Shown: piece by piece, positions 27,161-34,479 of the stretch
Layout of the letters: every line of letters begins with the position of its first letter
How positions within the stretch are numbered: the first letter of the stretch is position 1
DNA from: Candidatus Brocadiia bacterium
GTDB taxonomy: Bacteria; Planctomycetota; DG-23; SLPQ01
Direction: 5' to 3'
Length of the DNA: 44,216 nucleotides
Assembly: GCA_007131925.1 (NCBI GenBank)
Contig: SLPQ01000001.1
Location: forward strand, 1-44,216
Notes under the pieces: generated by a model
Databases searched by the model: none
Seen by the model: only the letters and a program-made list of their open reading frames with translations
What the model was told of the DNA's origin: nothing
Program-made: the position numbers and the translations under genes

Positions 27161-27223
27161 GCCGCCCGTTTCATATCCCATTTTGCAGTTGTCCTCGATG
27201 CGTGGGCAGAGAAAGGAGCGGTG

Positions 27224-27736
27224 ATGCGTATTATCGGCATTGACCCCGGCACGCGGACGGTGGGCTACGGGGTGATAGATTTCGACGGCGTAAACCTGAG
27301 GCCGGTCGAATATGGAGTCGTGGAGTCTGGGCACATAGAAGGGTATGCCGAGCGCTTTGCCTACATTCACGAAGAGCTGCACCGTGTTATCCTGAAGGGC
27401 CGCCCCGACGTGGCCGCCGTCGAGGAGGTCTTCACCTCAAAGGCGCTCAAACGCTCGATACAGATCGGCGAGGGGCGCGGCGTTACGATTCTCACCTGCG
27501 CGCTTGCGGGGCTGCCCGTCGAGTCATACAGCGTAAAGACGGTCAAGAAAAGCGTCGTGGGAAACGGCAATGCACACAAGTCGCAGGTTCAGAAGATGGT
27601 CAAGCTTCTGCTCTCGCTCGAAGAGGTGCCCAGGCCTGATGACGCTGCTGATGCCCTGGCGATCGCCATCTGCCACAGCCACCGCTGCCGCTCGGATGCC
27701 GCTTTGAAGGCGGGTGGATGGGGTGGAGTACGTTGA
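27224..27736 (+). CDS. ruvC: Crossover junction endodeoxyribonuclease RuvC
   Basis: MRIIGIDPGTRTVGYGVID, EEVF, and the C-terminal DAADALAIAICH catalytic Asp region. AAAGGAG lies 5 nt upstream of ATG 27224. Confidence 0.92.
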   Translation: MRIIGIDPGTRTVGYGVIDFDGVNLRPVEYGVVESGHIEGYAERFAYIHEELHRVILKGRPDVAAVEEVFTSKALKRSIQIGEGRGVTILTCALAGLPVESYSVKTVKKSVVGNGNAHKSQVQKMVKLLLSLEEVPRPDDAADALAIAICHSHRCRSDAALKAGGWGGVR

Positions 27737-29826
27737 AGCGACCGAGCGACACTCGTGCCAGCCAGGCGCTTTGCACCAACGTCCAGTACGTCAGGGGCGT
27801 AGGGCCCCAGTACGCGCGGCTCATCGCCCGGCTCGGCATTGAGACCGTCCACGACCTTCTTTATCACAAGCCACGCGGGTGGCAGGACCGCACCCAGATC
27901 ATGCCGATATCCTCAGCCGCCCAGGGAGAGTCAGCCATGTTTGCGGGCACAGTCACGGATGCCCGGCTGAAGAAAATGCGACGCAGGGGCAGCCTCCTTG
28001 ACGCTCTCATCGACGACTCCACGGGCCAGATGGCCCTGACGTGGTTTAACCAGCCCTATATTGCAGAGAAAATCCGCGTGGGGGATCGTGTACTCGCCTG
28101 GGGCAGGGTCACAAGCTACCAGGGTCTGCCGCAGATAGTGTCGCCGGAGTTTGAGACAATAGACGACGAAGGAGACGAAGCGGGCGGACCCCACCAGGGG
28201 ATCGTGCCGGTTTACCCCCTCACCGAGGGAGTCACAAATCGACGCATGCGCTTTATCATATCGAACTGCCTTGAAAAATACTCCTCATCGCTTGAGGATT
28301 TTCTCGATGCCGCAATCATCGAAAAAAGGCGTCTTGTCCCCCTTTCGCAGGCTATCCGCCACCTTCACTTTCCACCGAGCGAAAAGGCACGCCTAAGGGC
28401 TCTGAGGCGGCTGAAGTTCGACGAGCTCTTTCTCTTTGAGGCGGCCATGGCCCTCAGGCGCGAAAATATTACCCGCGCAGGGGGTGCCCCAGAGATAAAG
28501 ATCACCGAGCGCATCGACGCCCGCATCAGGCGGCTCTTCGACTTCACCCTTACTCCTGACCAGGACGCGGTCATAAGAGACCTCGCCGCTGACCTGGCCT
28601 CCACCGCCCCCATGAACCGCCTGCTCCAGGGGGACGTCGGCAGCGGCAAGACGGCTATTGCGATTTATGCGATGCTCTCGGCGGTTGCCGCCAGAAGCCA
28701 GGCGGCTCTCATGGCGCCGACCGGGATACTTGCCGAGCAGCACTACCGCACACTCTCGAAGCTGCTGCGAGAGGCGCGTGTGAGGTTTGAGCTTCTCACG
28801 GGGGGCACCCCGCCCGCCGAAAAAACCCGCATACGAAGGCTTGCCGCCGCCGGAGAGCTCGACATCCTCATCGGCACACACAGCCTCATCCAGGAGAGTG
28901 TGGACTTCAGCAGGCTGGGGCTTGTAGTCATGGACGAGCAGCATAAGTTTGGCGTACTCCAGCGAGCGCGGTTGAAGTCCAAGGGCACCAGCCCCCACAG
29001 CCTCGTCATGACTGCCACGCCCATCCCGCGCACCCTCACTCTGACGGTATTCGGTGACCTTGACGTTTCGGTCATTGCGACCGGCCCTCCCGGGCGCAAG
29101 CAGGTGTCCACGCGCTGGGTAAGGCCCGAGCAGCGCGAGGAGGCCTTTGAGTTTATAAGGAAAAAGCTGAGCGAGGGGCGCCAGGCCTTTTTCGTATATC
29201 CGCTTATCGAGGGATCAGAGAAGTCCGACGTGCGCTCGGCGGTCGAGACCGCGCAGGAGTTAAAAGAGCTATACCGGGAGTTCACAGTCGAGGTCGTGAC
29301 CGGCGCGATGGACTCTCCCTCCAGAGAGTCTGCCATGAATGAGTTCAGGAGCGGTCGGGCGCATATTCTCGTCGCCACGGTAGTAATCGAGGTTGGTATC
29401 GACATACCCAATGCAAGCATCATGGTAATTGAAAATGCAGAGCGTTTCGGCCTTTCGCAGCTGCACCAGCTGCGCGGGCGCATCGGGCGGGGGCGGCACC
29501 GCTCCTGGTGCCTTCTCTTCGGAGAGCCCGCCACCGAAGAGGCCAGAAGCCGCCTTGAGATCATGTCTGAGACCTCAGACGGATTTCGGATCGCCGAGGA
29601 AGACCTGCGTCTGAGAGGACCGGGGGAATTTTTCGGCACGCGCCAGCACGGCCTGCCGGAGTTTAAGTTTGCCGATATCATCGAGGATTGGAAGCTACTG
29701 ATCGCCGCGCGCGAGGACGCCTTTGCAATGGTTGAGGCCGATCCCGGCCTTGCCCGCCACGCCCGCTTCAAAGAGAGGGTACTCGAGAGCTGTCGCGGCA
29801 GGCTGGACCTCGTCGAGACAGGCTGA
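27718..29826 (+). CDS. recG: ATP-dependent DNA helicase RecG
   Basis: Wedge/OB N-terminal region, Walker A GDVGSGKT, DEQH box VMDEQHKFG, and the C-terminal QLRGRIGRG and TRG motif region. Start is ATG 27718 (19-nt overlap with ruvC) or TTG 27733 (TTGA overlap, GGTGGAG upstream). Confidence 0.92.
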   Translation: MGWSTLKRPSDTRASQALCTNVQYVRGVGPQYARLIARLGIETVHDLLYHKPRGWQDRTQIMPISSAAQGESAMFAGTVTDARLKKMRRRGSLLDALIDDSTGQMALTWFNQPYIAEKIRVGDRVLAWGRVTSYQGLPQIVSPEFETIDDEGDEAGGPHQGIVPVYPLTEGVTNRRMRFIISNCLEKYSSSLEDFLDAAIIEKRRLVPLSQAIRHLHFPPSEKARLRALRRLKFDELFLFEAAMALRRENITRAGGAPEIKITERIDARIRRLFDFTLTPDQDAVIRDLAADLASTAPMNRLLQGDVGSGKTAIAIYAMLSAVAARSQAALMAPTGILAEQHYRTLSKLLREARVRFELLTGGTPPAEKTRIRRLAAAGELDILIGTHSLIQESVDFSRLGLVVMDEQHKFGVLQRARLKSKGTSPHSLVMTATPIPRTLTLTVFGDLDVSVIATGPPGRKQVSTRWVRPEQREEAFEFIRKKLSEGRQAFFVYPLIEGSEKSDVRSAVETAQELKELYREFTVEVVTGAMDSPSRESAMNEFRSGRAHILVATVVIEVGIDIPNASIMVIENAERFGLSQLHQLRGRIGRGRHRSWCLLFGEPATEEARSRLEIMSETSDGFRIAEEDLRLRGPGEFFGTRQHGLPEFKFADIIEDWKLLIAAREDAFAMVEADPGLARHARFKERVLESCRGRLDLVETG

Positions 29827-30169
29827 GCGACCCTGAGAGATTGTCCAGGCGCCGATGCGTGAACGGTCGATATGACGGCAGGCGCACGGTGCGGCTGGTC
29901 GCGCACGCAGTATTGCCCGTCGACGGGGATATCGGCAGGAGCCACGCGTCGCGGAAATGGGCAGAACATCGCAGCATCTTTGTGTACCTCTCCATCCCGC
30001 CATGCGTGCAGACAGGCATCGCTCGTGCTGCGGGGTGTTGTACAGCCTTCCTCATCTCTCTTAAGCGCACGGTTTCCTTCGCACAGGATGTGAGTGGATG
30101 CAGAGCTGCCCGTTCAGCGCTTGTCCCATCGGTCGGTGCTCTCGGGGGAGGGCGCGCAGGGCTTTTTGG

Positions 30170-30198
30170 TTGACCGGCCGGGGGCGCCCACATAGGAT
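30170..30198 (+). promoter_or_regulatory. Predicted sigma70-type promoter for tldD (TTGACC-17 nt-TAGGAT)
   Basis: TTGACC at 30170..30175, a 17-nt spacer, TAGGAT at 30193..30198. Pattern match only. Confidence 0.35.
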
Positions 30199-30247
30199 TT
30201 GCCGGCACGGTGGGGTTGACTTTTGTGCTGATTATCAGGGGTTTAGA

Positions 30248-31657
30248 GTGGCGGATGCAAAGGACATTGCTGAGGAGGTGGTCTATCTTGCCGGACAGCG
30301 CAAGGTGGACTTTGCCGAGGTGCGTGTGGTTGAGGACAGCACCGCTTCGACGCTTGTCGAGGATGGCAGGGCCGACAAGGTCGCCCAAAGCCAGGGCAGG
30401 GGTGCATGCGTGCGGGTGCTGGTGGAGGGCGCATGGGGCTTCGTCTCGATCGACACCTTGAGCCGAAGACAGCTTCTGGCGGCGCTGGACGACTCAATCG
30501 AGCTCGCCCGCGCCTCGGCAGAGCGCGTCAGTGACCCCGGCATGGTGGCCGAGGCCGCCGCAACGGTCGCCGAGAGCACAGCGCCCTTCGGTCACGACGT
30601 GCGCACGGTGGATGTCAAAGAGAAGCTTCTGGCCGTCAAGCGTCTTGAAGAGGCCGCAAGGAAGCACGGCGGGAGTCTGCTTGTAAACTCCGCGGTGACT
30701 TATAACGACGTGGTCGTGCGCGAGGTCGTCGCTAATACACGCGGCACGCTTGTCGAGCAGGAGTCCAGCAGGGTCTTTGCGGCATGTCGCGTTGCGCTCT
30801 CGAAAGACGGCATGACGCAGATGGGCTATGAGCGCAAGGGCGTGGTGGGCGGTTTTGAGATGATTGAGGAGCTCAGTGCTGATGATTTTTCACTGAGGGC
30901 GGTCGAAAAGGCGAAGATTCTCCTGTCGGCAAGGCCTGCGCCCGCAGGCACCATGCCGGTGATATTTGATCCGTCGGCGACGGGGCTCTTCACGCACGAG
31001 GCCCTCGGGCACAACGCCGAGGCTGACGGCGTGTGGTCCGGCCAGTCGTTGCTTGTGGGCAGGATGGGCCAGCAGATAGCCGCCGACTGTGTGACCATAA
31101 TAGATGAGCCGGCCATGGAGGGTAAGTTCGGCTACTATCTCTTCGACAGTGAGGGTACCCCGGCGAGCCGACGCGTCATCATCGAAAACGGCGTCTTGAA
31201 GGAGTTTCTCCATACGCTGGAGACGGCCGCGCGGCTCGGTGCTGCGCCTAACGGCGCGGCACGCGCCGAGGGCCACGCCGCGCGCCCGATAGTCAGGATG
31301 AGCAACACCTACACCGCGCCCGGCTCTGACTCTCTCGATGCGATGATAAAGTCCATCGACCGCGGCGTGTACCTCAAGGACGCCCAGGGTGGATACGTCT
31401 TCACCGAGCGCGGGCAGTTTACCTGCAAGGCAGGCCAGGCCGTCATGATCGAAAAGGGTGAGCTGACAGAGCCGCTGCGTGACGTTTCTGTAGCGGGGCT
31501 GACGCTTGAGATACTCAAGAACGTCGAGATGGTAGGCTCAGACCTCGAGGTCGACTGGCCGGGGTTCTGCGGTAAGAGTGGCCAGAGTGTTCCGACGGCT
31601 ATCGGCGGCCCTCATCTGAAGGTCAGCTCGATGGTGGTGGGCGGGCGCCTGCAGTAG
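30248..31657 (+). CDS. tldD: TldD-family metalloprotease
   Basis: HExxxH motif in THEALGHNAEAD. The conserved N-terminus begins around VADAKDIAEEVV..., so the start is set at GTG 30248 (AGGGG about 7 nt upstream). The ORF-track start 30098 adds an implausible Arg/Cys-rich leader. Confidence 0.85.
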   Translation: MADAKDIAEEVVYLAGQRKVDFAEVRVVEDSTASTLVEDGRADKVAQSQGRGACVRVLVEGAWGFVSIDTLSRRQLLAALDDSIELARASAERVSDPGMVAEAAATVAESTAPFGHDVRTVDVKEKLLAVKRLEEAARKHGGSLLVNSAVTYNDVVVREVVANTRGTLVEQESSRVFAACRVALSKDGMTQMGYERKGVVGGFEMIEELSADDFSLRAVEKAKILLSARPAPAGTMPVIFDPSATGLFTHEALGHNAEADGVWSGQSLLVGRMGQQIAADCVTIIDEPAMEGKFGYYLFDSEGTPASRRVIIENGVLKEFLHTLETAARLGAAPNGAARAEGHAARPIVRMSNTYTAPGSDSLDAMIKSIDRGVYLKDAQGGYVFTERGQFTCKAGQAVMIEKGELTEPLRDVSVAGLTLEILKNVEMVGSDLEVDWPGFCGKSGQSVPTAIGGPHLKVSSMVVGGRLQ

Positions 31658-31686
31658 TGCACGATAAGTCAGCGAAAGGAACCGTA

Positions 31687-32856
31687 ATGCGCACAGCCGA
31701 CAGGCTCTCCCGAATAGAGCCGTATCTTTTTGTGACACTCCGGCAGAAGATAAATGCCGCACGCGACAAGGGTGTGGATGTCATATCGCTGGCAATAGGC
31801 GATCCGGTCGAGCCTACGGGCCAGGCAATAATAGATGAGCTCTGTCGCACCGCCCGCGACAGCAGCAATCATCGCTACCCCACCGACGAAGAAAAGGGTA
31901 TGCTCGCCTTTCGCCACGCCGTGGCGCGCTGGTACAGGAGGCGCTACGGTGTCGATGTGGATCCGACAGGCGAGATAATCGGTCTTATCGGCTCCAAGGA
32001 GGGGGTGCATCATTTCTGCCTTGGCATGGTAAACGCAGGTGACATGGTACTCGTGACCGACCCGGGCTATCCCGCTTACAAGGCCTCGGTGGCGATAGCG
32101 GGCGGCGTCAGCGAGTCGGTGGCGATTAGGGAAGAAGATGATTTCCTGGTGGATTTCAGCAGCATTCCCGCGGAGAAGGCAAGGGCGGCCAGGGCGATAT
32201 TTCTGAACTATCCCAACAACCCCACCGGGGCGGTGGCCTCGCTCGATTTCTTTAACGAACTTGCCGCATGGGCGCGTGAGTACGATGTCATAGTATGCCA
32301 TGATAACCCGTACAGCGAGATTGTCTTTGACGGGGTCGAGCGTGTATCCTTCATGGCTGCTGAGGGGGCTCGGGAGGTGGGAGTCGAGCTCAACAGCCTC
32401 TCGAAGCCCTTTAACATGACTGGCTGGCGAATAGGCATGGCGCTGGGCAATCGCGAGGTCATCGCGGCCATGTCAAAGGTCAAGGAAAACACCGACAGCG
32501 GCATTTTCAACGCCATCCAGTATGCCGGGATCCGTGCACTCGACGAGTGTGACGACCAGATCGACCGCATGCTGGACATCTACCGGACACGTCGGGCCAC
32601 CCTGGCAGAGACCCTCACAGCATGCGGCCTCGACGCGCGCGCACCGAGGGGCACTTTCTATCTCTGGGCGCGCGTGCCGGAGGGGCGCTCGTCGGCGGAG
32701 TTTGCCGAGGAGGTATTTGACAGGGCCGCAGTCGTAATAGCCGCGGGCAGCGCCTATGGTCCCGCGGGTGAGGGATATGTGCGATTCAGCCTGACAATCA
32801 GCGACGAGCGGCTCGCAGAGGCATGCGACCGGCTCAGAGACAGCTTTGCCGGTTAG
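31687..32856 (+). CDS. dapL: Class I/II PLP aminotransferase, probably LL-diaminopimelate aminotransferase
   Basis: RLSRIEPYLFVTLRQKINAARDKGVDVISLAIGDP..., NYPNNPTG, and PLP-lysine motif SLSKPFNMTGWRIG. ATG 31687 follows AAAGGAA. The DapL call is by resemblance only. Confidence 0.7.
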   Translation: MRTADRLSRIEPYLFVTLRQKINAARDKGVDVISLAIGDPVEPTGQAIIDELCRTARDSSNHRYPTDEEKGMLAFRHAVARWYRRRYGVDVDPTGEIIGLIGSKEGVHHFCLGMVNAGDMVLVTDPGYPAYKASVAIAGGVSESVAIREEDDFLVDFSSIPAEKARAARAIFLNYPNNPTGAVASLDFFNELAAWAREYDVIVCHDNPYSEIVFDGVERVSFMAAEGAREVGVELNSLSKPFNMTGWRIGMALGNREVIAAMSKVKENTDSGIFNAIQYAGIRALDECDDQIDRMLDIYRTRRATLAETLTACGLDARAPRGTFYLWARVPEGRSSAEFAEEVFDRAAVVIAAGSAYGPAGEGYVRFSLTISDERLAEACDRLRDSFAG

Positions 32857-32888
32857 TGAGGCCGGCTTTGAGCTAAAGGAGGCACGAG

Positions 32889-34211
32889 TTGGAACTTCTT
32901 GACTTTGCGCGCGAGACTGTCGATGAGACCTGCAAGGCCGGCGCGGACTTCGCCGATGTGTATGCAGGTCGCGGAAGGCACGTATCGGTCGAGGTTGAAA
33001 ACGGCTCTATCCGCTCGACCGATGTGGGCCGCACGGATTCTTTGACACTTCGCGCCTTTGTTGGTGGCGGGCGCGGAAAGCTCTCTATTTCCGGCCTGCA
33101 GGCGCTCGACACGAGCCCGTCCGAGCTCGCGCGCCAGGCCGTTGAGATGGCGCGCGCGGCTGACCGTGATCCGGACTTTCGCTCGCTGCCGCACTTCCAG
33201 GAACACCAAGAGGTCGAGGGGCTCTACGACGAAAAGGTTGAAAACCTCTCCCCGGCCGATGCCGTCCAGATCGCAGGACGCGCAGTCGACGAGGCCAGGG
33301 CAGTCGACCCTCAGGCCATCGTTATGGCAGAGGTATCGATATCTGCCGGCATTGGCGCTATTGCAAACTCCCTCGGCGTGGCGATCCAGCGCCCATCATC
33401 GAGTATCGAGCATGGCGTCTTTGCGGTGATACGGCGCGGCGATGACACCGGGGCCTTTTATGACTTTGACGCGGGGCGCAATCTCGACGATGTGGACCTC
33501 GCCCCGGTCGGGCGCAGCGCCGCAGAGGGGGCGCTGACCTTTCTGGGCGCGCGCAGGATCGAGACAAGACCGATGCCGGTGATTCTGGGGCCGCTTTCGT
33601 CCTACAGCCTCATGAAGACTCTCGCCGCAGCGGCCAATGCCGAAAGCATCCAGCGCAGGCGCTCGTACCTTGTAGGCAGGCTCGGCGACAAGATCGGCTC
33701 AAGCAACCTCACTATCAGGGATGACGCCTTTGTGCCGCGTGGACTCTCGTCCGGCGCCTACGACGCAGAGGGCGCCCTGAGGCGGCGCGTGGCCATATGG
33801 GAAGAGGGGCGCTTTGCGGCCATGCTTCACAACTCCTATACGGCAGGCAAGGCGGATGCCGAAAACAGTGGGCACGCTACAAGATCCGGCGGGATCGCCC
33901 CCACGAACGTCTTTATCGAGCTGGGGAAAAAGACCGCCGCTGAGATAATCAGTGACATAGACGAAGCGCTCTACATTAACCTCGGCAGCCTTTCAATCCA
34001 TCCGACTTCCGGCGACATATCGACCTCGGTTGATTTCGGCTACAAGATAGAGAAGGGGCGATTTGCCTACCCTGTTGCCAATGCGATGCTGGCCGGGCAT
34101 GTCTTTGACCTTCTGGCCGGGATCGAGGCGGTCTCAAGCGACTACCGCAGCGAGCCGGGGGCGGTCATGCCGACCATCCTCATCTCAAGCCTCGACATCG
34201 CCGGCAGTTAA
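32889..34211 (+). CDS. pmbA: PmbA/TldE-family protein (TldD partner, lacks HExxxH)
   Basis: TTG 32889 lies 6 nt after AAGGAGG. The TldD/PmbA fold pattern (ELLDFARETVDE..., C-terminal GDISTSVDFGYKIEKG) is present without the metal-binding motif. Confidence 0.82.
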   Translation: MELLDFARETVDETCKAGADFADVYAGRGRHVSVEVENGSIRSTDVGRTDSLTLRAFVGGGRGKLSISGLQALDTSPSELARQAVEMARAADRDPDFRSLPHFQEHQEVEGLYDEKVENLSPADAVQIAGRAVDEARAVDPQAIVMAEVSISAGIGAIANSLGVAIQRPSSSIEHGVFAVIRRGDDTGAFYDFDAGRNLDDVDLAPVGRSAAEGALTFLGARRIETRPMPVILGPLSSYSLMKTLAAAANAESIQRRRSYLVGRLGDKIGSSNLTIRDDAFVPRGLSSGAYDAEGALRRRVAIWEEGRFAAMLHNSYTAGKADAENSGHATRSGGIAPTNVFIELGKKTAAEIISDIDEALYINLGSLSIHPTSGDISTSVDFGYKIEKGRFAYPVANAMLAGHVFDLLAGIEAVSSDYRSEPGAVMPTILISSLDIAGS

Positions 34212-34387
34212 GAAGACACCGACGGGCTCGCTGGTTTGCGAACGCAAAATATTTAAGGCCGTCTTCGTACGGCTCCGGGCTGTGCCCCCAATTCTCAAAC
34301 CCTCATAAGATCCCGTTCCGGCGTCGCATGGCCTGAGCTGTGTGCCCCCCCGATGGCTCATGGGCGACAATTTATTTTTTCAGGGGA

Positions 34388-34415
34388 TTTACTTGTCGCG
34401 GCAAGTTGTTATATA
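34388..34415 (+). promoter_or_regulatory. Predicted sigma70-type promoter (TTTACT-16 nt-TATATA) preceded by an A/T tract
   Basis: TTTACT at 34388..34393, a 16-nt spacer, TATATA at 34410..34415, with TTTATTTTTT at 34371..34380 upstream. Pattern match only. Confidence 0.4.
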
Positions 34416-34479
34416 CGACCAGCATGAGCGTGCGTTTTTGTGAGGATTTCCGGGGCAGCAGCCCATAGGGAGAGACTCG

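Noticed and set aside
25177-27223. Mobile element (transposon, integrative element or prophage remnant) carrying the R-M pair
   Set aside because: There is no integrase, transposase, inverted terminal repeat or tRNA target in or next to the island. Only the short duplicated spacer motifs are seen, so I report it as an island of unknown insertion mechanism.
28743-29969. 408-aa minus-strand ORF antisense to recG. Similar long antisense or out-of-frame ORFs include 2142..3002(-), 3281..3988(-), 4223..5101(-), 12391..13008(-), 15838..16680(-), 17222..18148(-), 24505..25245(-), 25837..26577(-) and 39125..39781(-).
   Set aside because: They are Arg/Ser/Pro/Ala-rich with low-complexity translations and no recognisable motifs. 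Each is fully overlapped by a strongly supported gene on the other strand or frame. Such ORFs are typical stop-codon-poor artefacts of high-GC DNA.
29841-30173. Small ORFs in the recG-tldD gap (29841..30173 +, 29872..30093 +, 29695..30003 -)
   Set aside because: They have no SD sequences, their translations are Arg/Cys/Ser-rich, and the frames overlap each other. They are not credible proteins.
34279-34351. Two similar G/C-rich words, GCTGTGCCCCC (34279..34289) and GCTGTGTGCCCCCCC (34337..34351), in the pmbA-downstream spacer
   Set aside because: The match is short, imperfect and compositionally biased. It is likely chance in high-GC DNA, and no associated structure was found.
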